Part shown: positions 1 to 14,300 of the stretch, piece by piece | Layout: every line of letters begins with the position of its first letter | Numbering within the stretch: position 1 is the first letter of the stretch | Source: Octopus bimaculoides | Lineage: Eukaryota | Length of the DNA stretch: 64,000 bases | Direction: 5' to 3' | NCBI RefSeq assembly: GCF_001194135.2 | Contig: NC_068987.1 | Location: 65,197,242 to 65,261,241, forward strand | The notes under the pieces: model-generated | Databases searched by the model: none | Told to the model about the DNA's origin: nothing | Seen by the model: only the letters and a program-made list of their open reading frames with translations | Program-made: the position numbers and the translations under genes

Positions 1-163
1 CAAATGGAGATACCACATTCTGTTCTGGAGACCATTACTATCAACATTTTGTTAACTAAAGTTGTTTGACATTTATGATGCACTCTTTCTTTGTAAAGAA
101 AAAATTCCAACAGTAACTACAGTAGCAAAAAAACAAAAAGATTAAAAAAAGGAGGAAACAAAC

Positions 164-290
164 CTTTTACAACAGTTTTACTATCTTTCACAGTTTTCAT
201 ACTTTTCTCTGAAGCTTGTAATTTTTTCTTAGCAATGGTGTTGACGAGTTCATCAAGTCTTTTATGTTCTTTATAAAAATCAGGGTATTT
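164..290 (-). CDS. DZIP1: DZIP1 exon KYPDFYKEHKRLDELVNTIAKKKLQ...KTVVK
   Basis: ttacattttag|...G|gtttgt; 127 nt, phase 0/1; similar to human EIPNFHQIREFLEHQV. Confidence 0.83.
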
Positions 291-3200
291 CTAAAATGTA
301 AAATGAGCCAAGCTTTTGAACCATCCGTAAGTAGATTGACATGAGTAACACAGCTCAGTAGAGCAACAATATCTGTTTCTCTGACTACAGTTGACTATAG
401 GCTTCTTCCAGCTTAATTCAATTTACTTTATTCTTTTGTCTTAAGTCTAAGACTTCCTACTACTAAGTCTCTACCACTCCATGTTTTCTCAGTTCTTCCT
501 CTACAGAGCCACAGTGCTTTCAGAAACACCATAGTATGCCATGGTTCCTCATGTTGTCAACAATGGAACTGTTTAAAAACTATGCCACACTGCACAACAT
601 TACACCCACAAGCTAGTTAGGAAGCCTCCACACAAATACTATCCAAACATTTTCATAAAGAGGTTAAACAAAAAGAATATATAAAATATGAATATAAATA
701 TGAATATAATATACCAGGAAATACATGACTAGATTGACTTACTCTATACTATGAAACAGTCATGGCACTCCATTGGTTACGACGATAAGGGTTCCAGTTG
801 ATCCAATCAATGGAACAGCTTGCTCCTGAAATTAATGTGCAAGAGGCTGAGCACTCCACAGACATGTGTACCCTTAACGTAGTTCTTGGGGAGATTCAGC
901 ATGACACAGTGTGTGACAATGCTGGCCCTTTGAAATACAGGTACAACAGAAACAGGAAGAAAGAATGAGAGAAAGTTGTGGTGAAAGAGAACAGTAGGGG
1001 TCGCCATCACCCCCTGCTGGAGCCTTGTGGAGATTTAGGTGTTTTCGCTCAATAAACACTCACAACGCCCGGACTGGGAATCGAGACTGAGATCCTACGA
1101 CCACGAGTCTGCTGCCCTAGCCACTGGGTCATTGCTCCTCCACAATGAAACAGTAAATGCTGAAAAATATAATATTGCTCTCAAGTAGACAAAGACATAG
1201 TTTATATGGATCTGTAGATTATGTCTAATCCTTCTACTAGTGTTATATACCATAGATCTGCTGGGCCACTGTTGATCCGAGATTAAACAAGTTTATCATC
1301 GCAACACACACCCTCACCATTGCTTCCACTATTACCATGATTAATACCACCCCTATCACTAACTCAAACACTACTAGCACTGCTGACATAAGTACTACTA
1401 AACTGGCCCGCCAGCACTACCACTGCGGGTGCTACTGCCATTATTATAACCTCAACACATCTGGAAATAAGTAAGTGGTAAAAACGATGTAGCGTATGTA
1501 TGTATACCTTGGCTTTGTTGACTCTGTCTTTCTTGAGGATTGAAATCTTGTCTTGATAACTTTTGGTTGATATTGCTTTGGTACTCTGTAAATGAGAGAG
1601 AGATTAAAAACTGGTGCATGATGGAAAATCTGCTCTGTAGCTCCATGTCAGAAAAAAACAGAGGAAAAACTTTTACTAGAGCTCACAACTTAGATATTGT
1701 ATTGTCCTGGTTAAGCTATACTGTATGTTTTATTCATCATCATCATCCTCATCATCATTTAGCACCCATGTTCCATGTTGGCATGGGTCAGACGGTTTGA
1801 CAGGATCCAATTGGGTTTGAGGATTGCATCATGCCCTAAGGTTTTGTTTGGCATGGTTTCTATGGTTGGATGCCCTTCCTAACACCAATTACTTAACATT
1901 GTGTACTGATATATTTCTCATGCCACCAGCACTATTGAGGCGACCATGCAGCTTACAGGACTATGAGACCTGAGGAAGAATGTGCTTTTTTTTTGGGGGG
2001 GGTTAAAGTATGAGAAGTGGGTGTGTAGAGAAGGTTGTTGTAGAAGAGCTGCATGGATATATTTTTAGAATACTCTGTTTGCAAAATGAATTTCCTTTTT
2101 TTTAGACTATCCCCAAACAGAGAATCTAGCAAACATTGATGTTTTCCCCTTATACCTAGGGTGAGCAAAAAAAGGTCTGTTTTTAGACATTTGTAATTTT
2201 ATTTTTATATGTTTATGTTATGTTTCTTTCCAATATGGCTACTCATGCCAGAGCAGCATGAAATGTCTGGCTCTTCTTCACTAACTCATGACACTACTCA
2301 TTTTTTTTTTTGCTTCTGGTCACTTCATTACTCCCCACCCAACTCTGTCTCATCATTTACTCTCTCCACTGCCACCCTCTCACAACAAATAAATCTGTTT
2401 CTCACATCATACTTTAACTTCTCTCAATGCTCACCTAAAGACTTCATCCACTCTCATATTCTCTGTTGGTTGTGGAGGCTCTTTAGTCTTATGAATTACA
2501 TGGTGACTTCATTAGTATTAGTGCCACAAAAAAGCACTCAGTCCACTCTGTAAAGTGACTATTGAATTGAGAGGAGACAACACAGGCGTAAGAGGATTCT
2601 TTTATCTAACCAAGGATAAGTCAACCTCTATAGTGCCAGTACCACAAAAAAACAAAAAAGCATTCTGTACACCTTGTAATGTGGTTGGTGTCAGTTTCTA
2701 CTGCTGGGTAGCCTTCCTATGTCAAAAACTGAGATGTTTGAGCAAGGTATGCATCTCTGACCAGTTGAGCCCTGTCAAAGTATCCAACCCATGCCAATAT
2801 GGAAAGGATTGTAAAACGATTGTGATAATGATGATAATGATGAAGAAAAGCTTCGTCTTTGAGATGGAGTTTTGGCAATGTGTGTAAGTGATGGAAGAGG
2901 GACTCACCATGAAAGATCACCATTTCACTAGTTATACAAGATATTTAATGCTGGTGCCACATAAAAAGCACCCATGCCGGCATCATGTAAAAGTACCCAG
3001 TACACTCTGTGAAGTGGTTGGCATTAGAAAGGATGTCCAGCCATAGAAAACATGCCAAACAGACGACTGGTGCCTAGTGCAGCCATGCCAGCATGGAAAA
3101 CAGACATTAAATAATGATGAAGAAGATGATGATGATGAGTATATCTTAGGTTAACTGAAGAAGAGCAGATTGAGACTGCTCAACAATAACTAACATCCCC

Positions 3201-4174
3201 AAATACAATAACCGTTTCAGAGTTTGAACTTATGACTGGTTAAAAAACTACATTTATGAAGACCTCCACACTGTGTAGTTATGTCAAAATAACTATAGAG
3301 CTGGAGATGAGCTCTAGTTGGATCTTTGCATGACAAGTAATGTAAAAGAGATTGAGTGATAAAACAAACATACAGCAGGGAAACCAATCTTCTCCAGTTT
3401 CTCAGTCAACAGATCGGCCATTTCTGATTTCATTTCTTTTAAAATCTTTGGATTTTCAGATACTTGCTTGTACATCTTTTGCATCAGCTCATTGTATGAT
3501 CTAAGAAAGAAACAAAAGAAACAAAAAAAAAAAAAATAGTAGTAGTGACCACACACAGTCACAATAATACATTAAGGCATGCTTATAAAAACTGGTAGGG
3601 AAATCAAAACAAACTGAACATAAAGAAATAAAAAGTACATTTCTTTAATTGCCCAGGAAAATATTGAGAGATTATCTAAACACAAGAATTTTGAGACTGA
3701 GGTGAAAATCTATGTGAAAGATATCAGTCACTATTAGGCCATTTGAGTGATGACAACAGACAATATAAATAACTCCACAAGAATCCAGACAAATACATCA
3801 CCAACATAGTTATTGTTGAACAGTCTCAGCTCTGCTTCAGTTAATCTAAGGTAACTGGAAGCTTGGTTGCAAATCTACAAATCCATCCACTACATATCTA
3901 TTCATGTGTGTACCCATAAGTCTGTATAATGTATACACTCGGTCATGTTGTAGTTGGTTGTAGGTAATGTAGTATACAAACCATAGAATGCTGTATCTGT
4001 TTTGGTCAACAGTTTATTTACAAATGACATGAATAAAGGCAGTGTCCTTGGCTCAGACAGACCATATAGTGTTCAGTGGTAAGGATCATTGCTCTTCTTG
4101 ATTAAACATCAAACAGAGCAGACATTCTAGGGAATATTCTCTACTATACACACACACACACACAAAACACTGCA

Positions 4175-4212
<38 letters not shown>

Positions 4213-7202
4213 ACAATGCAACACCTGGTGTAGGAATGGAAACCATGATCTCTCCATCATGAATGCATCACCTTAACCACTAAGCCACACACTTTCATGT
4301 GTGTATGTAAGACAGGATGTTGGACTTGTTGCCTTCAAGGAAATATATTGATTTCAAAATTTGGTACAAGGCCAGCAATTCCAGGTAAGGAGGTAAGTCA
4401 TTTACATTGACCCCAGTACCTGACTGGTACTTATTTTATCAACCCCAAATTACTGAAAGGCAAAGTTGACCCTGGTGGCATTTAAACCCTGAATGTCATG
4501 CCAGAAGAAATGCTTCTAAGCATTTTGCCTGGTGTGCTAACAATTCTGCCAGTTCATTTCCTTATAAAGGAAAAATATTGGTTTCAAATTTTGGCACAGG
4601 GCCAGCAATCACATTGACCTTAGTGCTCAATTTATTTATTGACCTTGAAGTGATAAAAGGCAAAGTTGACCCAGGCAGCATTTGAACTCTGAATATAGAG
4701 TTGGAAGAAATACCACTAAGCATTTTGCCCGGTGTGCTAACCATTCTGCCAGTTCACTGCCTTATAAAAGAAAAATATTAAAAAAAGACTGAGGTGGGAA
4801 CGCTAAGCAGTGATGTGTATAAATGTAATGTTATTACCAGTTCAAATATGCCAGTGGCAAGCTCGAACTTATAAACAAGTCATTCACTGTGTTTTGTCAG
4901 TGAGAAAATTTATTTACAGCCAGCCACTGATTAGTGCTACCAGCTGACATACAACAACTGGAATAACATAAGAAAGATTGTCTCCCTTATCAGCTCCCAC
5001 CATCTGGTTTTTGTGACTGAAGAGGAGATCACCATTCTGAAATGCTTGTAACTCACAATCTGGATAGGTAGCACTGTGAGCTGGTTTAGGTGTATTTACA
5101 CCATTCATTTGTAGCAAGAAATTTTCTCCATAACAAAACACAGTGGATGGCTTGTTTACGAGTTTGAACTTCCCACTGGCATATTTAAACTGGTAATAAC
5201 ATTGCATTAAAAAAAGAATATTATTCCTAGTAATTTTCCCCATTAGCAAGATACCGCAATTTGTAAGTCAACTTAATTGGTTGGTAGAGGGCTTAAATTA
5301 AACACTACAAGTCCAGAACATTCTTTGTTATAACACTCTACCACATTTGCCATTAGCTTATATTATCAGAACATGTATTACTGTATTCAACTCAAACCCA
5401 CACTGAAAGATGACATGATTGAGTCTAACATCAGACATCAATGAAATGAGAGTCTGACATAATCAGGTAAAGTTCACAAAGCACTCAAGTTAGGGTCAGA
5501 CACTAACAAGTATTAGTGGAAAATTTTTTGCTATTGGAGCCTGGTGTAGCCATCCGGTTGCACCAGTCCTCAGTCAAATCGTCCAACCCATGCTAGCATG
5601 GAAAGCGGACGTTAAATGATGATGATGATGATGATGATGATGAGGTGGTAAGGACTGATCTCAGGAAGTTGGACTTCATGGAGGAAATGACCATGGACCG
5701 AGATGTCTGGTGATATGAAGTTCTTGAGAAGACCCACCCACATCAGCGAAACTGAGTTCTAGAAGCGCTGTGTAGAAAACTTCTCACACACTCTACCACA
5801 ACAAACCAAACTACGTCTCTAAATACCTTCACTTCATCACATTTCTGCTTCATGTACTATGATTACCTCCCACTCCCTAATCTTGTCCTCTTGGCCTAGT
5901 GCCACTGTATCATCGCTCTCTGCCTGCTTGCCCCAACCTGTGCATTCTACACACATGTCTTGTCTCACTCTTATTGCCAAATGCTAGCCCCCGACCTGGG
6001 TGTTCTACCCACACGAGAAAACTTTTCCCTCACTCTACCCCAACAAACCAGTTTACATCTCTTCTCTTTCTCGCATTTCCTCCTTCATTCACTATGTCGA
6101 GCTCTCATTCCCCAATCCTGTTCTCACACCCCTGCACCTCTGCATCATTGCTATCCGGTAGCCCGTCCAACTCCATATATACCCAGGTCTTTCACCACTT
6201 ACTCGCACTCTTTAATAGCACTCCCTTCGCAATATCCTGCCACTTATGTCATGGCATTTGAACCTCAAGCGTATGCCCTGGCACTTGCCACTATCTATAC
6301 CTCTCTCTTCCTTCACTCAACCATCTTATTTATACTCTGATCCCCATTCCTTATGAGCAGGCCCAGCATTTTGCCACCTTCTCCATCCTGCGGTCTCCCA
6401 CTCTCTCTCTCTCTCTCTCCCTTTCTCTGGCATTTCCCTCAGGCTGGGCAACCATGTATTTTCTTAGCAGTAGCACACCTGTTTCTGTCTTCATTCCTGA
6501 TCTTTCTCTCTCCGGCTGGGTAACCTTGTACTTCCTCTTCAGCAAGACACCTATATCTGTCTCACTATAATCTTTTCGTCACCACCTCTTCCAATGCCTC
6601 TTCCTCTCTTAAAAGTTTTTGTCTTGCAAGTGCTTGGTGACCCTATCAGTGCAGGTGCTGCTTAAAAGCACCCAGTCTACACTGTAAAGTGGTTGATGTT
6701 TGGAAGGGCATCTAGCGGTAAAAACCTTTCCAAAACTGAACTTGCCTGTACATGTGCCACATAAAAAGCACTACTCACCTTTCCTGTGCTTGTACCACAT
6801 AAAAAGCACTACTCACCTCGCCTGTGCTTGTACCACATAAAAAGCACTAAGTCCACTCTGCTGAGTGGTTGGTGTTAGGAAGGGCATCCAGCTGTAAAAA
6901 TCCTGCCAAAACAGTCACAGAAGTCCGGTGCAGGCCTCAGCCTGGCAGGCTCTTGTGGTACCATCCCACCTATGCTAGCATGGAACACAGATGTTAAATG
7001 ATGATGATAATGATGATGATACATGCACATATGAAATAAAAATATTAACTCACTGGGTATCATAGAGACTGTTTTGGGTACCATGGTCATCTGAAATATA
7101 AATAAGTTACATGATACTTAATTATAACATTTTTTTGCCTCGGCCCTAACAAAAGAATGTTAGCTGCTATAGAAACTCAAATTAAGTCTGCTGTCCCACC
7201 CA

Positions 7203-7256
<54 letters not shown>

Positions 7257-10200
7257 TGGAGAGGATTTCACTACACATCTTCTCTCAACAACAGGTGCTT
7301 CATTGGTCACTACATGTAAATGAAAGTGGGTGGGTGTCGGAGTTTCACTTCACATTTGTTATGCTCAGTAACAAGAGTGTTAACTATGACCAATGTAGGT
7401 GTCAGGGAACCAGAAGTACATTCTATGTCATTTACTCTCAGTAACAGCCAGGGTCCCACTCGTTTCATTGCTAGTAATATATGTAGGTTACAAAAATGTA
7501 GTTCTTTGTGGGTTAGAAGCGTCACAATTGATGACTACCAGGTTTGTTAAGAACTTTCCTCTCTTATACATTTCTACAATACAAGAACCTTTAATATTAG
7601 TTTCAAATTTTAATACAAGGCCAGCAGCTTTGGGGGATGGGGCAAGTCGATTACAACAACCCCAGTACTCAACTGGTACTTATTTTATCGACCCCGAAAG
7701 GAAGAAAGGCAAAGTTGATCCAGGTAGCATTTGAAATCAGAATGTAAAGCTGAAAGAAATCCTGCTAAGCATTGTTTTCTGGCACAATAATGTTTCTGCC
7801 ATTTCAACTCCCTAAAGTTTATTGCTTGTGCTAGCTGAGAATCAAATCCAGGCTGCTCATGTGGCAGGTGAGCATTCTACCACTGAACCACCAACATTTC
7901 ATAAGAACTTTTAATACTTCAACCATATTAACCGTTTAGCATTTAAACAGGCCATATCTGGTCCAAGTATTCTGCCTTTCTCATGCTCAAAGTGGCTAAG
8001 TCTAGCTTTTCATACCTACCCTACAATGTCATACTAAAAATAAACAATCAGTCATCTAAATCTTGAAGCTACAAGATAATGCAGGATTAGTTTAAAACAA
8101 TATAAATATACACTGCTTTTGATAAAATAATTTGAATGCTAAAGGGTTAATCTCACTTATCTCATATCTAATATACCTCCTGGAACAGCAATATTAGACA
8201 AAAAGCTATTGCTTATTCTGTTTCTTTATAGTTTTTATACCTTCTTGCATTTCTCATTTCATTTTATATTTTACCTTATCAAATAAACTGGTGTAATGTC
8301 TTTGATAACTACACACTGCCTCTTAATCTTTCTCAAAATTATGAAGTTTCTGATGCCATGACAAAAGTAAAAAGGTCTTTGTACTATGACAAAAGCAACG
8401 TTTCTTAGAAAATCTACATAATTCAGGTTGAAACTGCAGCCCATTGGCAAACCTAACCATCCTCGTTGTGACAATTAAAATAAAATGGCATGCCCAATGA
8501 CAACACAATCCTATCACATAAATTACTTGTCTAACTGATGCTATCATGGAGAACCAGATATAAATTTAATCTTTACCATCATTAGTTCTTTCTAAATCTT
8601 CTTCCTCATCTTCATCATCATCTTCTTCTTCCTCCTCCTCCTCCTCCTCCTCCTCTTCTTCTTCTTCCTCCTCCTCCTCATCATTGTTATCATCCTCTTC
8701 AATGTTTTCAATTTCCTCAACCATATCTATTACTCTGTCAGCATCTCTATCCTTCACTGGAGATATGTGAAAACTGAATGTGTCCACTGATGCTTTCTTT
8801 TCCAAAGGAAGAGTCTATCAAAAATAAAAAAATTTAAAAAAAAATTAAAAAAAAAGAAAATAGAGTGAAATCTAACATAACAAACTGCACCTCTCTGATG
8901 TAATGATTCTTTACACATATAATATAGAGAAATGACAAAAAAACAGATCTTTAAGAATATTTATCCAACTCAAAACTGATGGTATTTTGTGCTATTGTCA
9001 TCTCAGTATTATAATTATTATCAGAATCGTTAGCACACTGGGAAAAATGCTTAGCAGTAGTATTTCGTCTGCCAGTACATTCTGAGTTCAAATTTCACCG
9101 AGGTCAACTTTGCCTTTCATCCTTTCAGAGTCAATAAATTAAGTACCAGTTGGGTACTGGGGTCAATCTAATCGACTGCCCCCCCCTCCCTCAAAATTTC
9201 AGGCCTTGTGCCTATAATAGAAAGTATTATTATTATCAGATTGTATGGTGGCAAGCTGGCAGAATTGTTGGCATGCTGGACGAAATGCTTAGCAGTATTT
9301 CACCTGTTGTTCTGTTCTGAGTTCAAATTCTGCCGAGGTTGATTTTGCCATTCATTCTTTTGGGGATTGATGTAATTGACTAGTCCCCTCCCGCCAAATT
9401 TCAGGCCATGTGCCTTTAGTAGAAAGGATCATTATTATAAATTTGTGAAACATGGCTGCTTTTACTGTTGGAATTTCAAAAAGGTGGAGAATTTCAACAA
9501 AAGCTTCATGCCACCTCAAATATGAAATGAAATGGAAGGACTTCAAAACTAACAATGCTGTCCAAGAAAAATCCAGAAGTCAAAGCATTGGATCAACTGG
9601 AATGAAATACGAGCTTTGATGGTTAGGACATGTGGTAAGAATGAAAGAAAATAGATTTTCCTTGTCATAGACTCTTCAGTGAATTAACCATGGGGATGTC
9701 CTTTCTGCTGTTACAAAGATCAGTTAAAAATCAACCTTCAAAATGGTTGAAAATGAGACAAAAACATGGGAAACTGAAACTCAGAACCATTCCAATTGGC
9801 ATAACTCCATCATTACCACCACTGTAACTGACCTTTTTGAAGCCAAAAGAAAAAGGAAACTGTAAAGAACATAATGAATGCGTGATGTACATGAACATGA
9901 AGGAAGCACTCATTCAGAAGGAAAGTGTAATTCTCAGGCATAAGAAACAGCCACCACCTCTGCCAATATTTTACATATCATCATCATCATCATCATCATC
10001 GTTTAACGTCCGCTTTCCATGCTAGCATGGGTTGGACGATTTGACTGAGGACTGGTGCAACCGGATGGCTACACCAGGCTCCAATCTAATTTGGCAGAGT
10101 TTGTGCTGATATGCACACACATGTATGTAAAGGCTGTGTGGTTAAGAAGTTTACTTTACAACCACATGGTTTGGGGTTCAGTGCCACTGTGTGGTATCTG

Positions 10201-11316
10201 GAGCAAAACAGAGTCTTCTACTACAGCCCCAGCTCAACCAATGCCTTGTGAGTGAATTTGGTTGATGGAAAACTGCAGTAAGACCTTAGAAGCTATGGTA
10301 AATAATTGAAGTCAATAATTCAGGTTAATAGTAAGTAGTTTGGCACCAAGTAACTTGTGCTTCTGAAACATATCACTTCTTTACAATTACCAATAAATCA
10401 TAGGACCCTTGCTGCACTATAAATTTCAGCTTTTAAATGTTATAATTCAGTTTATTGTCAACATATACAAATACAATGAAAGGCTGTTTACATTTAAAGT
10501 TGTCAAAACAATAATTAATGTGTAAAGCAGCAGACACTATCAATATACAACGACAGAAGAAAATAATGTTTCTTGCTAATTTTGATACAAAACCAGCAAT
10601 TTCAGGTGGTGGGGAAAATTGATTACATCGACCCCAGTACTCCACTCATACTTATTTTATTGACCTTGAAAGGATTAAAGGCAAATTTGACCTTGGCAGT
10701 ATTTGAATTCAGAACATAAAGCCAGAAGAAGTACTGCTAAGCATTTTGTTAGCTTTACAGAAAAACATAATAATAATGGTAATAATAATAATGTGGCTCT
10801 CATGGCTTCTCATCCTAACTGATTAGAAGTGTTATCATGTACATTGTTTCTTCTTGGTATAAAAGATGGGCTATAGCAAATATTCTGCTCAATACCACAG
10901 ATTTGCTTGTCAGTTGTTTCACCTTAACCAGCTGAGCATGGCCCTTAGTGGCTGACAATATGTGCATCTCTGATCACAAGCAGAAGTAGTGAGGAAGCAT
11001 AATAGTCATGTGTCGGGAGGAATTCTTTGGGGTTTGGATAATTCACCTCATAGGTGTTTCATTCAACATCCTTAAACAACCCTTATTCAAGGATCTTTTG
11101 AGTGGGATGGGCTACTCGACCTGAAGAAAATTCTAACAGGGCCCCACCTGTAAGGTCCTGCTCTGTTAATCTTGATATGAGATCACCATGTCATGTACAT
11201 ATGGTTGTGATGCACATTCCAGGTGTACCCATATCAGACGGGTAGTCATGATGGGTATACTGAGCTTTGTATATTTTACCCCAGTGTCACTTTTATGGCA
11301 TGCACTGCTCTCACTC

Positions 11317-11350
<34 letters not shown>

Positions 11351-14300
11351 GTCATAAATAATAATCATCCTTTCTACTATAGGCACAAAGCCCGAAATTT
11401 GGTGGGAGGTGGGGGGGGGGCAGTCGATTAGATCGATCCTGTACACAACTAGTGTTTAATTTATTGACCCTGAAAGGATGAACGGCAAAGTCGACCTCAG
11501 TGGAATTTGAACTCAGAATGTAATTACAGACGAACTGCTGCTAAGCATTTTGCCTGGCATGCTAATAATTCTGCCAGCTCGCCACCTTAAATAATAATAG
11601 TAATGTAATGATTTCTAATGTTGTTGCAGGCCATATAGCAGCATTTCATCTGTCTTCATGTTCTGAGTATGTCTTTATGTACCAGAGGCGAGTTATTCAA
11701 ATCACAAAGACTTCCTCTCAGCACATGGCTATGATGACCCCTCCCCACTACTTCTGCTTGTAGTGAGAGATGCACATATTGCCAGCCACTGAGAGACATG
11801 CTCAACTGGTCAAACAACTGACAAGCAAATCTGTGGTACTGAGCAGAATATTTGCTATAGCCCATCTTATTATTATTATAATGATGATTATGTAATGAAA
11901 TTGGCTCGCTGGCTTAACCACTCTATTAACAAAGATTTTCTAATGTAAGCACAAAACCACAAATTGAAATCAGATCTAATACTTGACTGGTACTTATTTT
12001 ATAAACCTTAGAAGGATTAATGGTAGAATTAACTAGGATTAGATTTTAACTCAGAATATAATAGGGAAGTGACTAAATACTACATGATATTTTGTCTGAT
12101 GCGCCACCAATTATGCCACTCCACTAAGCTATATTATAAATAATCAAGTCAAAGAGAGTGTCTCTATGTCTTTCCTTGACCTGTAGCCAAATTTCTTTCA
12201 GAAAACTCCTAACATCTTAGAAAAGAGCATGCTCAACTAGATAGTGTCAATGACAAGCACAACAAAACTAACACATCCCTGCCCCCACAACATTATTACT
12301 CAAATCTAGAGACATGTTACCAGACAGCATTAAAGATACTCAACAGACAATACATACCTGTTTCTTTGATATTGCTGACTTTTCAGACTTTTGGAAGAAG
12401 TTCAGCTTCCTTTTAGCAGCTTTGGTCACAGTGGGGGCCTTCTTTTTGTTCTGCTGGATTTTCTCCTGGCTCTTCTAAGATCAGACAATTTAGACACACA
12501 TACCAATGATTTGGAAAGACACAGTATATTACAGGTATTTAATATGTATCAAATATAGCCAAATATCATGTATATTCGAGCATTGCAATTAATACCTCCA
12601 AGTGTATACACAATTATCAGTCACTCTGATGATGTGGCCAGTCCAGCATAACTGAGCCTTCAACAATATTATTGAACCAGCTGTGTCCAATGCTTCTTGG
12701 TTTGTCACTGTCCTTCCAGCAAATATGCCCATGATCCTGTGCAGTGCCCTTGTGTGAAACTGTTCCAGCTGTTTGATATGCTGATGGCATGGGGGTCAAT
12801 GTTTCACATCCATAGAGTGGAGTAGAGACGATTACAAGGAAGGCCTAAACTAAGGTACAAAGACATGCTGAAAAACAACCTCATTAGTCCACTGGAACTT
12901 GAAGCCTCTGCCTCAGGCAGATCAACATGGAGGTCTCTCACCTCATAAGCAGTAGCTGCCTTTGAAGAGGACCACAAAGTAGTGTCTACCTCAATCCAGT
13001 CAACAGACTATCACTGTGACATCTATGGGTACCTGTGTGCTTCCAGCTTTGGATTGCGGAGTCACATGCACTAATCACTGAGAACACAAACTTTGTCATC
13101 GTTGGACAGAGACAGACCATCAACAAGTATATAACATGAAAATAATGTGTAATAAAATATTTACCTGAATAAGGCACTGCTCTGCTGCAAATAAACATTT
13201 TACATTGCACAAATAAAACTCAGCAATATGCAACAGCAGCTATTGCTGCGGTTTACAGTGAGGTGAATATCTCTCTGTGGTACCTAGTAACAGCTAGGTG
13301 GGCTGTACCTCATTGTGGTACCTACTTGCATTTATGTGGACTGTACTTCACTGTGGTACCTTCTTACAGTTAGGTAGACTATACCTCACTGTAATCTCTA
13401 TGTACAGTTGGAGTGAATCTCACAGGTAACTACTTACATCAAGGTCAACTGTACTTTCCAGTGGTACTTACAGTTTGGTGTACAATATCTCAATGTGGAA
13501 CCTACCTACTACTTGGTGGAATCTAATTCACTGTGGTATCTACTTACAGCTCAGCAGTCTGCACCTCACTGTGGTACTAACTTTTGGGTAGATGGAATCT
13601 ACAGAACTATATAGTTAGCAGTTGAGACCTCACCAAAACACCCAAAGCAGTTGTGACTGTTTCATTCATGTAATTTGCAACAGAACAGATTTTGAACAAA
13701 CAGTCTTCTATGCTAAAAGAAACTTTATCATCTCAACTGACCTGTAACATTTCCTCTTCATGCTTTTTCTTCAATTCCTCCATCTGCAAATGCCACATTT
13801 TCTCTTGTTCTTTCAAGTGTGAAGTGAAGTTTTTCTCAAGGTTTTGAATCTAAACACAAAAATTAAATAATAAGGTCTTCATCATCATTTTCACCATAAC
13901 CAGTGCTCAGGTGCACAACAACTCATCAGAAAAAGTAACCAAAACTGCATGAACAGTTCATAGAATATGCACAGGAAGTGTAGAAGTCTTAAAAAAAAAA
14001 AACGAAGAAGAAACTGGGGTGGGGGGCATCAGGTGTACTGTTGGCGAATGTTAGGAAGGAGAGAAGATTTGAAAGATGTAGTGTTTTGATTGCTAACAAA
14101 CTGATTCAGGTAGTTTATTCTATGGTTCAGCAATTCTGAGTGCAAAAAAATGTTTCCGAAAGTCATGGGTGCTGTGTTGTTTTTTGATTTTGTAAGCATG
14201 TCCATATATTCTTTTATTCTTTTATTTGCTTCAGTCATTTGACTGTAGCCATGCTGGAGCACCACTTTGAAGGGTTTTAGTTTAACAAATTGTCCCCAAG

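Noticed and set aside
1-88. Possible next DZIP1 exon (phase-1 frame open to the window edge: ERVHHKCQTTL...)
   Set aside because: Weak AAG acceptor, a 75-nt intron and no recognisable homology; cannot be supported without the flanking sequence.
3790-3875. Short open minus-strand segment ICNQASSYLRLTEAELRLF as a DZIP1 exon
   Set aside because: It is open only in phase 0, has a stop in the required phase, and lacks a good donor.
5899-6340. 120-126-aa S/P/L-rich ORFs (also 54673-55113 and 17538-17750)
   Set aside because: They arise from stop-poor CT-rich low-complexity or LINE UTR sequence; no domain or splice support.
13255-13610. CRISPR-like appearance of the 38-bp repeats
   Set aside because: The units are contiguous and degenerate with no unique spacers; the context is eukaryotic and there are no cas genes.
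13890-13930. Minus-strand CTGATGA...GAAA as a third hammerhead
   Set aside because: No closed stem II and no stem I or stem III pairing.
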